Positions 27,220 to 40,400 of a stretch of 64,000 bases of DNA are shown in pieces. Under the pieces are notes generated by a model. The model made no database searches and was not told the origin of the DNA. It saw only the letters and a list, made by a program, of their open reading frames with translations. The position numbers and the translations under genes are program-made. This stretch comes from Paramecium tetraurelia (taxonomy: Eukaryota). Location: NCBI GenBank assembly GCA_000165425.1, contig CT868252.1, forward strand, positions 372,001 through 436,000, read 5' to 3'. Position 1 is the stretch's first letter, and each line of letters begins with the position of its first letter.

Positions 27220-28641
27220 TCATTATAAATATGGGGTTTTTCTAGAACTTAGTACTTAGGAATATGGTTCTGATCTAGCACTTATCGTAGTAACTCTTAT
27301 TGATTATTTAGTTTCTGAGCTTTCATTATTTTAATTCTTGAGTGTTTGCAATGGTAATCTCTTGCAACTATGTCCCGATGGCTACTTCGAATCATTAACA
27401 TGAAAGTATTCAGTTTGTTGGGAATGCGAAGACACAAATTTACTCTTCTGATGTTCCCCTTGTATATTTTCTATCTCCAACACTGAAGGATTGTTCCTAA
27501 ATGTTTAAAGCTAATCGACTTCTAATGGGTGTAACTGTAACTAGTAATCATTATCCTAGTATTTGTTGACAACATCATACAATAACTTTTTAGCTTCTAT
27601 GGTTTATTAATCACTTAGATATAAATAATAATGGCTTACTTTTAGATTTTCTCGATTTCTTTCTGGATATCCAATTCTACTTCCAAAAAGGTTTGGTCCT
27701 TTTCATCCTTCTCTTGGATAGATTAGGGTATCTATGAAATACTATTCTAAGTCCAAGTGTTGGAGACCTCAAATTAACATTATTGCAAATAAGGTATAGG
27801 CACTCTTTGCTGGATTGTAGTGGATTGTAGGGCTTAGAATGTTTATTCGGCCAATATTTTATAGGCTTCGATATCTCCATTTTATTTCTTTTTTATTTCC
27901 ACACACTTTCCATTTTGAAATATTCCTTAAATCATCTTCATTTCACCCTATTACATAAATATCAAATTTACACTAATGAAAAAACAACCTAAACCATCGT
28001 ATTTATTCTCTTTGAAACCCCCAGTATAAATATCTCCATTCATCCAAATCTAACCGATGTTTGTTAGACTTTAATCATGAAAAATTCCTATCCTTTTTTC
28101 AGTTGTAAACATATTCTCTATACCCAATCCCAACTGTTTTCCTCTTTTCATTCTCCCAAGGAATGTCTCTGTGATTCCTATTGAAGTACATTGATTCCTA
28201 TCCAAGATTTCCTCTAAATCCAATAACCTATTTTAGAATTCATCTACTTTTGAATACTCATATAATACCTAACAAAACATCAACAGATTCTAAATTTGTA
28301 TCGATTTGAATCAAGTCTCCTCTGCGATATTGAGAAACTGTTTATCCCTTCAAACATTTTCCATTCAATTATCCATATTCAAATCTATAAAATTCACTCT
28401 AACTAGAACAATAGGGTGGAATAGGATACGTATAATTAACACATAAACCATGAAATTTGTTATTCTTGAATTAAGCTCTTATGATATTGTCATTGATCAA
28501 TATAATCCCCTCTCCATGAATCATATCCTTGTACCATTCACCAATATAAATAGATCCTGTAGGCCACCAAAATATTCCTATTCCTTCCTTAATCCCATTT
28601 TGCAAGGTTCCCTAATAAATTCCATTTCGATATGCAATCAT
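27220..28641 (-). CDS. MORN-repeat protein
   Basis: YQGTLQNGIKEGIGIFWWPTGSIYIGEWYKDMIHGEG and further MORN-like repeats. Confidence 0.85.
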
Positions 28642-29016
28642 TTAATTAATATTGCTGTTAAATTTTTTATTATAAATTTTAAAATCAACCTGATCCACAA
28701 ATCCATCCATACCTGATAATCAATATTCATCAAGCCTAAATTATGTAATAAACTATAATGTTTACTCCACATTCTAATGACAAACCTTCAATCGGTCGTT
28801 TTTGGCAATATAAATTTATGTGTAAACATTATAATAAATTAACATCATAACAGAAAATCATGGGTAATGGTTAATAAGTAGATGAGTACAATTTTAAGAT
28901 TGAATTTGGTGAATATCTTAAAGAGATTTATTATCTATCATATTTATTTATTACTACATTAATATATTGTATTTAATTAATTATTAAAATTTTAACTTAA
29001 TTAGTTATATATATAT

Positions 29017-29166
29017 NNNNNNNNNNNNNNNNNNNNNNNNNNNNNNNNNNNNNNNNNNNNNNNNNNNNNNNNNNNNNNNNNNNNNNNNNNNNNNNNNNNN
29101 NNNNNNNNNNNNNNNNNNNNNNNNNNNNNNNNNNNNNNNNNNNNNNNNNNNNNNNNNNNNNNNNNN
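29017..29166. other. Assembly gap (150 N)
   Basis: Run of N. Confidence 1.
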
Positions 29167-29677
29167 CACCGTCAGCCTTTTTGAATCCAAATAATCTTCT
29201 CAATTTGGTCAATCTCTTTGGACCCAATCTTCTTGGGACATTTTGATCTGTAAGTCCAGCAATTTCATTTGCTCCCTTCTTGACGACTTATAAGGCAAGG
29301 ACTCTAATGTCTTAACCGACAATGCATCCTCTAATTGATTTTCTCTTCATTTCACCGTCTTTTCTTGGTCTGTAACCTTTGTGACCCTTTCTCATGAGAA
29401 TTCTCACTCTGCCCTTGAATAAGACACCTTGTCTCATTGGAAATCCTTATTTGTCATTACCACCAGTGATTTTCAACACATAGCCTTTGTATTCTTCACC
29501 CAAATTGTCAGCTTCAACAACTTGACCCATTCTCTTATCAAAAAAGATTGAGCTAAAAATTATATATAAAATGTTCTTACCATTTCTTGTCATCGTCAAT
29601 TTCGACTGTCTTTTGAGCTCCTGTCAAGGGGTAGGATATGTTAAACTAAATAAAATAGTTTCAATAGTTACCTTCAT
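29167..29677 (-). CDS. RPS6: 40S ribosomal protein S6 (eS6), 3' end lost in the gap
   Basis: [14 protein letters not shown]...DKRMGQ...[16 protein letters not shown]...RKSIRGCIV...PRRLGPKR; two introns. Confidence 0.97.
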
Positions 29678-29742
29678 TAAAATCTTTGGATTTTTTTAAA
29701 AATTAGATTTAAAAATGAATGTGAGGCATATTAATAAAATAT

Positions 29743-31083
29743 ATGAGTGAATCAACCAATCAAAACTTGCCCTCAATATAACCACTTGAGTTAGATACCA
29801 GCGACACTCCCAACCCCAAGTTCGCAGAAAACACCTCAAAAAGCAAGGAAAATAAATCTACTGTTTCCTAAGCAGCACTTAACTTATACAAATGTTGTAT
29901 AGGCTCAGGTATTTTGGCAGCACCCTTTACTTTCCGTGAAGGAGGCTATTTACTCACTTCTTTCTGTTACTTTTTGATCTGTATCCTCATGATCTACTCC
30001 CAATTAGTATCTATGCACCTAATTTGTAGATGTTACTTCCGAGAATTGTGGATGAAATCAATCAACCCAATTTAGGTTTCTCCGAAATCACTCGCATAAT
30101 CTTAGGTGAGAATTACGTGTACTTAAACAAATTATTTATAATTGTCATGCAATGGGGATGTTGTGCATCATATGTTTTATTTTTTATGGAATTCTTAGAA
30201 TATGCAATATACCATCATCAAGATGTCATATTCTCTCATCAACTAATCTATTTGTCGATTGCCATGTGCATCATCATCCCACTAGTATTCATTAACAACA
30301 TGACTTTATTCACTAAATTTAGCACTATCGCAAATGTAACATATAATAGTAATCAAGAGTCTTATCATCATTTCACTCATTGCTTGCATAGTTTACTTTA
30401 ACATTGAACTTGTCAAGGAGGTTAATTATAATGATATTCCAGTTGCTAGATTTAGCAATCTCCCGCTAGTTATAGGAGTGGCTCTTTTTTCTTTCGAGGC
30501 CATTGGAACACTCTTGGATGTCAGAAAATCCATGTAAGAACCAGCCAAATTCCCCAAACTCATGACTTTAGTGTTCTCTGGTTGTACAATGCAATTCTGG
30601 ATTTTTGGGCTTCTTGGTTCGTTGAGTTATGGAGATACAACAAACGAGATTATCTTGTTCTCTTTGGGGAATGGTGCTGAAGCATTTCAAATACTCTACG
30701 CCATCGCTTTAATAATCACATTGCCTTTGCAGTTGCTTCCAGCTTTTCACTTGATCGAAAGAATTAAAATTGCAAAGCACTTTACTCGAGAAGGAACTTC
30801 AGGTTTTTTATTGAGAAGAACTTTCTTAAGATTACTTCAAGTTCTGGCCATTGCAGGATTAGCCATAGCCATTCCTTAATTCGCTCTCTTGATCTCCTTT
30901 ATTGGTGGATTGTGTGGAGCTGTTCTTTAATTTTTTTTTCCTTTAATGTTCTATCTGAAATGGACTTGGCGATTTAAGCCATCAGAATTGGAAGGCCAAA
31001 TTTACATTTGTTCAATGATTCTAGGTTGTATTCTAGGTTTGGTCGCAGTCGCAGATTCTATTTACGAAATAGCCACTTAGTGA
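29743..31083 (+). CDS. Amino acid transporter, AAAP/SLC36-AVT3-like
   Basis: NLYKCCIGSGILAAPFTFREGG, FSFEAIG...SMQEPAKF, many TM helices; two introns. Confidence 0.9.
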
Positions 31084-31238
31084 AAATACATTTCTATATT
31101 TACATATATATCTGTACAAAATATTTGTTATAAATCTTTGTTGAAAGTGAGAGAAAATAGAGAAAATCAAAATTTTATTTAAAATTACGGAATAACAGTT
31201 TATATTTTGTATTTGAATTTGTAAATAAATAGTTTATT

Positions 31239-33641
31239 ATGTTTAATCATAAATCAAAAAGACCGTCGTTATTGTACATTGAATGCAAATCAAGAGATCT
31301 ATCGAGAAGGAACTCACGATTGAGTGATATTTTTGATGATACTATTAATAAATAGAATATCCAATAATAATAGAGATAATTGTCAACCACAAGCAAAAAG
31401 CCTGCTAGTCCCTCTTTGAATACCATGTATAGACAGGCCATATCTGATTAATAAGTCTTATAGGATCAGACTCAAATGCTGATTGAAGATTTGAATGGGA
31501 AATTGTTACAGAGGGCAGAATTCATTGGGTAGATTGAGGAATTAGAGGAATTAATAGATTATCATAAGAAACACAGTTGTTTTGAAATAGCTTTTGTAAT
31601 TCGAATTGAAAAGTTAGAAATTCTTATTCAACAATAATAAAAATACTCCAGAAATGCAACCGAATTATTAAGATAAAAAGAACTCTATTATGATGAGTTG
31701 AATAAAATAGTTTATTAAGAGGCTCTCAATGCCTTAGGAATGTACTTGAAACAATGGGGTACATTATTAATTATAATTTTTGAAAGGACAACAGTTTGAT
31801 CTCATTCAAAATAATTATGGACCTGAAACATATCAATAATTGGTAGCTGAAAAAGAGTAGGAATTTATTTAAAACATGACAATTTTATATGATAAAAAAA
31901 TAAGAGGAATTACATAATTATTCAGAAATTATCAATACATTGATAAATCAATTAAAAGTAACGTTGAATTTGTAGATACCAATCTCAATCAAGAATTGTA
32001 TAATGTAAAGTAGGCAATCAAGCAAAATTAGGAATTGATTTAGAAAATACTAAGAATTCATTTGGAAGAAGGTATATCATCAAATCTAAATGAGAAGATG
32101 CAAACCTTAGAATTAAAGAACATTAGATTGGCATAAAAATTAAATGAAATTGCCAGGAATTAAACATCTACACAAGAGAAAATTAAAACTAAGAAAGAAA
32201 CTGAAGAACTTTATCACGGCAATCTGACTGGCTTTGATGATATATCATATATTGATTTTGACGAACTCCAAAATGAGAGGTCTAATTCCTAATAGAAATT
32301 AAGAGATTTTAAAGGATAACATAATAATAGTTAAACCTAAAGTTTTTTCAATTATCATGGAAGTCAAGAAACTTAATCCAAGTTGAATTAGTTTCAATAA
32401 ACATATTAATCTAAAAATTTTGAAATGGAAACCAAATACTCTGAAGGATAATGCACTTCTGAGGATTCAACATTGCAACACTTTCAAGAGTTAAATTTGG
32501 CCTTAATTCAGTCAGGTAAATCTCTTGATGGCCACACAATGAAGTTTCAACCATAATAATCATTAACCATTTAAGATAATTTATCACCATAGTAAAATAT
32601 ATTTTTACGGTTGCAAACCATAACTGAAGAATAACTAAGTTCTAAAAGAAACAGATAAAAGATGGATCAGAAACAAAAGATCGACCCAAGTCCTGTGAAC
32701 ATAGATCTTAAGAATATTTTAAATTTAAAAACAATTAAATAAATAGACAATTCTACTATCCCGTTAACAGACTAAACTAAAAGATTTTCAAATAATGAAG
32801 TATAATCTATGGATTAGTTCAAAAATTAGATTGAAATAAATTAGAAATACAAAAAGATGCCATCTTCAAATGGGTCATTATTTTTCAGTAATCAAGTTTC
32901 AATACCCTCATCAACTTAAAAAAATAAAAATGAATAGTTTTTTAAATCAAAAGATTCTTTGTCAGAAAAGTTATCTAAGCAAAAAAAGTCCAAATCTTTT
33001 GATTCAACATCCAATAAAGAACAATTAAAATCATTCATTGCAAATTCATCAACTAATAATGGACAAACAAAAGAAATTTAAAAAGTTTAGAATACTATAA
33101 ATTAATTAACACCAATTGAATAGGAAATTCTGAAAATACTTAAACCATTATAAAAAGGGTAGTAGATTTACAAAAGATTCTCAACTACCAAACCGAACTT
33201 AACTAAATAAGAATTTGATCCATTTACTTGCTCAAATCCTGCTAATTGTGGGTTCTGTCCAAGAATCATCTGTCTATCCAAAAACCTAGATAGTATTGAA
33301 TTTAAGAATTAGATGAGAGTAAATGTAAATTTATATTTATTATCTAGTAAGTTGATGCTACAATAAAGTTAGAGGAAATTATGAGAGCAATGATTCCAAG
33401 CACTATCCAATAATCAATTTCAATAAAGAAACAAATTTAATGCAAATACATTTTGAGTAAATAGGAAAGCGCTGTTTGTAAGATTTTGTTTTGGCCTATG
33501 TCTCTTATAACTTAAAATGATGGGCGGATTGAATTACTCTTTAGTAACGAGTAAGTCTTAGAATAATGGTAGGCAAACCTACTCTTTCTAAAAGATAATA
33601 TAAAAACTCTTCAATCCATCAATAAAAAATTAAATTAATGA
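31239..33641 (+). CDS. Coiled-coil protein with C-terminal PH-like domain
   Basis: Long ORF; C-terminus GQQIYKRFS...ICLSKNLDSIEF...MSLITQNDGRIELLFSNEQVLEQW. Confidence 0.7.
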
Positions 33642-33712
33642 TTATGAAATGAATTTAGTAAATTAGTTATCTAAATATTAATTGATTATTAAATATATCC
33701 AAATAAACAAAG

Positions 33713-34145
33713 ATGCCTATCTATAATGAAGTTTGGGAAGAAGAAGGTACTCTTGAAATCTTTACTATTAGATTTCATGTTTAGAAACATGATTAATTTA
33801 TAAACATTAACAAAAAACCATGTGAAGTTGTTGGATAATCTCAAATTTGAGTTTGTCGAATATAAAGTAATCATACATGATATGGTAGGCCAATCAATTA
33901 TTAGCTTGTCATCTCTATGATAGAATGGCACAACATTGCAAGAATCAATTCGGTCTATTTGAGGACTCATTTGTACCAGAATGTCTAGATGCTAGAAATT
34001 ATTTCTAATTATGTGTAAGAATGAATGCCTCATATGGCTTAGCCAAAAAGTATTTCCCAGAGTAATCAAATAAGCTTATTTTAGATATTTCTTAACAAAC
34101 GAATACTCAAGACCAAATCCCAATTTTAAAGAATTAGGACTTTGA
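33713..34145 (+). CDS. Twin CX9C mitochondrial protein (120 aa), candidate complex I NDUFB7/NDUFS5-type subunit
   Basis: CHLYDRMAQHC-x14-CLDARNYFQLC; three introns. Confidence 0.7.
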
Positions 34146-34472
34146 TCCATTCATTATAAAATTTAATATAATTATTATTATAGAAATAGAAAGGCTTTAC
34201 TTTTGTTATTTTATTCTCTTTAATAAATCAAATCAATATCTATATATATATTAAATTATACTCTATTAATTCAAGATTCATAATTTTTCTATTATAATTC
34301 AAATTACTTAATCTGATACTAATGCAACCACATCATATTAATTTAATTATTGAAAGAAGGATTATAAGAATAAAAATTTTGATTTCAAGAATATAGGCGA
34401 AGATCTCTTAATGATATTAATAATTAATCTACTTGTAATTATTTTAATAAACATAAGTTAAATACTCGAATT

Positions 34473-35666
34473 TCACATTTTAATAGGATCTTCTCCTTAA
34501 TACTCAGGGCTTGCTTCATTATTTTAATATTTTATTAAAAATAATGCCAGCAAAATAATTAATGGAATTGATACCTATAATACAAGTGTTTCTTGCTAAT
34601 AAAGAGTAGATTTTTCATATTAAAAACATCTCTCATCAAACTAATTCTAAATAGTAACAAAGTTTTCTTTAAAATCGAATTACACTTTCTTATTCTCGAA
34701 GAATGATGATCCCAGAACTATTGATTAGATATTTTTCGTTATAACAAACTTAAGCATCTGCCAACCATCGAACTCTTATACATATTGATTTGGGGATAAA
34801 ATGATTGGATGTTCTTCATTTTCTTTATTGAAAAATTTTAAATCATACTTCGAATCTAATTTAATATTAGTACTTTCATTTAAACCTCTGCCTGCCAATA
34901 TAAATTTACCCTCGACATTTATAAAATTGAATCCCGCTTTTTCAAACTCTGATTATAAATTACTAAAAACCTAATCAGGAAAATGATTGAATTCTGAGTT
35001 TTATTATATTTTCCCAAATTTTAATTCATCTTATGTGTCATTAAAACGAGGATCGAACTTAAAGAGTTATTCTTGTCCAAGATTAAGAAAAATTAAGTGA
35101 GATGATATATCAATCTAGGTATCTCCAAATTTCAAGTAATTTATTTATATTTATGTAGTGTAACTTTTTTTTGATAAAATTGGTGACAATAATACTTTTT
35201 AGAGAGGGATGTCTTTCAAATTCATTTATAATGAGGTTTCAAATGTTTTATCTGTTTTACTTTAACATAATTAAAAGCCATCATTCACAAAAGAATTTAT
35301 ATGATGTACAGGATTCGACAAAGATAATAGAGAAGAGGAGTGGTTCTAATTTTAATCATTTAAATATATTAAAGGCTAAAGAACCATTGATTAAGTGTCC
35401 AAATCATACATTTTAATTTCAAAGTAATCTAGTTCTGTATTACCTAAATAACACTGACGTCTAGTACAATCCTTACAATTTTAAGTGCACTTTGAGGTTT
35501 AAATTAAATTCAATTAGCTAATGTATAAACTTAATTCGAAGAATAATTCAATTTCGAATCCATTCATAGTTTCCATTTTGAGCTTACCATCATCTTCTTT
35601 TATTTCAAATATCCTTGACTAGCATAGTTAATTGTTTATAATGACCAATAAAATTATAAAAATCAT
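34473..35666 (-). CDS. Type I membrane protein, possibly a degenerate pepsin fold
   Basis: Apparently intronless 398-codon ORF with signal peptide, CxxxCxxC cluster and C-terminal TM VSIPLIILLALFLI. Confidence 0.7.
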
Positions 35667-35701
35667 TTTATAATTAATATTATGTAGCAATTTAATATAA
35701 A

Positions 35702-36922
35702 TCATCTAATATTTTTATTTAGGCTTTTTGATAGAGTTTCTTGAATTCTTTTATTTAAATTAATAAGTTTTTAGTCTACAGAATCTGTACTCGTAGTTTT
35801 AATTGTAGTATTATTATTGATAGAACTGGTAAATTTATTATTATTGTTACTGATCTCTCTATTCTCTTAACTTAATGTTAATTAGTCATAGGCCTTATAT
35901 ACTTGTTATTGTTATTATTATTGTTATTGTAACTAAAAAGAGGAATTTAAAATCGATGATTTATTACTCAAGCCAAGATCCAAATTAGTAAATTGCATAT
36001 CCTTCAAATTGCCTAATAACTACTACATCTCTAACCAATCTGGTCTTTAATTAAAATCAATAAGGAGCATCTTTTTGAGTGTCTAGTCAACTCTCCCGGG
36101 ATAAAGCGATCTCAATTAATCCAAACAATCATTCAGTTGAATGACACTGATACTTCCTGTTTCAAAGAGATAATCACAGTTTTTGAGAAGACATAGAGAC
36201 AAAATGATCATACTAATTCATATAGAAATAATAATTTACCCTAATCCAAATACGTCCTACTTAAATCTATTGACTCGAAGATTGCCTCCTGATTCTGGGG
36301 ATTTGTATTAGTTTTCAAATAGATGAGGTGCTCTGGCTCTGAAAGGACTGACATCTTGAATTCGGTAGAGCAAATATTCTTCATCGAAGTAGACTGATTC
36401 TAGTGTCAAGGCAGAGTGGGTGATTCCTCTTTTTTGGAGAAATATAAAGGCCTCACATAATCCTGAAATCATCTTCCATATTTCTTCCTCAGGGACATAT
36501 TCTTGTGTTTTCGATCTTTTCTCAATCAACTATTTAATGTCCAAAGGGAGGTACTCATAGAAGATTTTGAGTTGCTTGCTTTGGCTAAATTTGTCGCTTT
36601 ATTCTTCAAAGAAGAGGAAAGAGACCAGATTTGGGTGTTTCCATTTGGTTCTTTCTTGTATAGCACTTACTTCTTCGGATCCCACAGTATTGGTCCAACA
36701 ACACAAATACTTGGCAAAAGGATCCAGTCTATAGATGGAGGATGTGGGAGAGATATCAATAACATGATTAATGGAAGTGTATGCTGTGATCATATAATCC
36801 TTTGGATTTTCATTGGGTTACCGGGGTCTAGGTTCATTCTGCACGACTGGGTTATATGATTGTGTAATTTTGTGTAAAGGGTAGGGCTATTGTCTCTGAG
36901 CAACACAATATTCTGGGTACAT
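35702..36922 (-). CDS. Protein kinase-fold protein (pseudokinase)
   Basis: KHPNLVSF, IFYEY, EEEIWKMI, ITHSALTLESV (no HRD), YKSPE, DVFGLG, QRPDW. Confidence 0.85.
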
Positions 36923-37484
36923 GTAATAAATTTCTGTTAAAAATAAAATCAAGTATAAAATAGTTTTTAATTTGAGAAATTTTCTATTTAAGTACAACAA
37001 CCTAACTAACTCAAGTGTGAATGATTGATTACATATAAAAAATGGATGTTTTATGAGAGCATGAATATTAGTATCAATGTATTAGGCCCGATAAGAACGA
37101 ATGGAAAAGATTTAAGCTAGGAATTTCAAACAGTAGAGTAAGATAAAGAGTAGATTATCGAAAATTCTTCATAAATTGTGTAAGAAGAAGGAATGAAACA
37201 TATTAGAATATCAAACAATCAAAATATATATATACTGAAGAGCATGAATATTAATATGAACATGTTAGATCATATTCTTAATAAAAATGAATCCAAATAT
37301 ATCAATTTACAATAAAGCAAATAAAATTATACTTTTCTGTAAAGTACTTCCATCTCCTTTAATAACAAATCAATTTATTGAATAACAATCTATACGACAG
37401 ATCTCAGAAGACAATGGAGAAAACAATGGTTATGGATAAAGTAGAAGAAATTATATAAGTGAATATTATATAATTAATTAATTA

Positions 37485-40400
37485 ATGAATCCTCGGAGAG
37501 CATAATCAAGTGGAAATAGAGCTTCGTCTGCTGTTAAGCGAGTTGCTATGCCGAATGGGTACACATTGTACAATTAGAGCGGGCAGAAATTTCATTTACC
37601 CAATATGAAGAAGTACTGCAGTTATATGAATGTAAAAGTGCATCGCAACGTTCTATCGAAGAGACTGATAATAGGGCTAAAACATCAACATTATAGCCCT
37701 TGCATAGCGAAGTATAGACAATAGTGCATCAAAGACCATAGAGTACGATAGAAGTAAAATAAATTTGAAATTGATTTAGACTCCTGCAGTAATGATGAAT
37801 AAGTACATCAATTACAGAATAGCATAGCCATATTCATGCACAGTGGATGTGAATGCGCGTCTATGGGAAGCAAGTAAAAACACAACCATAGGATTGAAAA
37901 GAGTGTCATCTGCTGTCAAGAAAGAGGAAACTGAATATCAAATGGATTGCGAAACGATAAGCGGCACTCTGAAGCCCTATGAATTTCTATCCTCTCTCGG
38001 AGGTAAGATGATTTCAAACTAACCCTCCAAATAATAATCAATTGATGTGTCCAGATAAAACAATGCACAGCAACCTCGTCCCTAAACTGTGACATCAATT
38101 GGAAAGATGGACTTCACTATTATTTAAGAACAATAGCAGAGACTACAATCTGCTCAACAAACATTATCCAGACCACCTATTTCTAAACGACCTATGACAT
38201 CTATTCAGAGACCTCAATCTTAGGCTTTTGATGTAGCCGAAAGCAAACGAGTCAAGTAAGATCGCATCCAAAGTGCTACTCTTGATGTATTTCAAAAACC
38301 TGCTACAAAACATAAAAAATAAATTACAGACATGATTGATTAATAAGTTTTAAGACCTCAAAGTAATTGGAGTCATCAAAGGCCTATCTCCTCAAAAACC
38401 ACTGCTCCACAGTCCTTCTTCAAGATATATACTAAATTCACTAATGTCAGTGCTCTTGATCTACCATATGAAGAACTCTTCGATAGAAATGAAAGAACTG
38501 TGGCAGCTACGTTTGCAAGATTCGGAGATCTAGGCTATTATTCACCAATCTAAAGGATTGGAGTTTATATGCAATTTTCAGCAAAGTTGAAAAAGGAACA
38601 TTTGCTCAAGATCATCGATTTGTAAAAAACAATGAGTTCAGCTGAAAAGACAGATGGAGAAGTACCAATCTAATTGGCTATTGTGAATGAATTGTTTCCA
38701 AAATAAGGAAGAGACAAAACAGGTATCAATTCAGGAGCTAATGATGCTTTGACCAGAGAACCAGTGTCACTTTGTTTATATCCTGAATATTTTGATGACA
38801 ATGATGAAAATATAGATCAAATGGAATTGTCTCTTAGGAAATTCAATGAGATGCTGGCTGAAATGAATGGCAATTATGATCCATCTCTTTTATGTAAAGA
38901 CTATTATATCCACATCGATAGAGAGTTCTGGCCAGAAAACATTCTCAAAGAAGTACTCATCTCAGAAGAAAGATATCGTAATTACATATCTGGTGACCAT
39001 ATCAGAAATGATGAAGTTCCAAAATTCAAAAGAGAATGGATTTTAAATGCATTCAATTTGATTAAACCAGAATTATTACGAAATGAAGATTGCTCAAGAT
39101 TTATTGTTAAGGAGATCTTGGAATTATTTAGAGAATACATGAAGAGAGCAATGCTGGATTATATACTTAGGTCACCAGAAGAAAGAAAGAGACTCCACAT
39201 CACATTACTCCCAAGAACTTTCATAAATTCAGCCTAGAGAATAGCCAGAGAGGGAGGTTACAACATGAAATTATTCCCAGATTGGCATGATTTTGTGTAG
39301 CGAGGTAAAGATTTCTGCAAAAACAACCTTACTTTGATCTCAACAATAAATTAAGGATTGTCCGATTGGATCTAAGATTTTAACAGTTTTAAATTATGTG
39401 ATTTAAGCAAAATGAAATAAGTGGCTAGATTGGGTTATACCTTTACATTCCAGGAATTCCAAAGAGTTCAAACCATCTACAAATTGAATGTTCTGTGTCT
39501 CTTAGAACACGTATGGTTTAGAGGAGTTATGCTGATAATTAAGCTCTAGAAGTTCTTAAGGTAGAAGTAATACAAAAGTTCATGGACTATTACTGGGCCT
39601 AAGTTTAAATAATAATCATTAAGATAAACAGTCCTTGAAATCATCCCAGAGGAGGATTTTATAGATGAGGATAACGTGATTTATAAGGGCGAAGAACAAT
39701 CTTGCTACATATCTATTAAGGAGGCCTTGCAATTCTATGCTTCTAAAACTACTCAACCGTACAACTTTGATCGTTTCAAAGATTCCTGTCAAGCACTCAA
39801 TGCCTTTACAGAATACCATGTAATGTTACAAAACCCAAATCCCATAGAGTCAGATAAGTTGTCTTAATTCTAATTGGAGGATGTTAGGTAATAGCAAGAT
39901 GAAATACTGTATAAGAAATTAGAAAAGGAGTAGAGGAAAGCAGTCACATCCAATGCTACTGTTTTATTGCAATTGCAGCTGAGAGGTTACATAGATAGGT
40001 CTTTACAGCATTTTGAATAGCACATTCTCAATATCGAAATTCCTAAATCATATAATATCGAGCTAAGTGATACTAATTTTAGTAGTTTGATCCAGGCTTT
40101 TCAAAGTATGAAGGACAGAGAATTCATACCTCCAAAGTGGAATTTGCTCTCACAACCTTATGATCCTTTCATCCGATTGGAATTGGTGATAGAAAATGAA
40201 TTCGTTAAATTGAAGGAGAATGAAGAATCAGTTAAGAATGAATTTGTGGATGCCTTCAGAAGTATCATAATCTCATTTGATAAATTCCTTACATCCAAAA
40301 TTTGCCAAAGTCACTTACAATCCCAAAGAGACTATCTAACCAGTTCCATTGAGAAATTTCTAATTTAATTTTGACCAAGACATGGGAGGTATGACTAAAG

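Noticed and set aside
33551..33572. Apparent 22-nt intron GTAAGT...TAG that would extend the ORF into the next gene
   Set aside because: The unspliced reading gives the PH C-terminal helix EQVLEQW and a clean TGA at 33641
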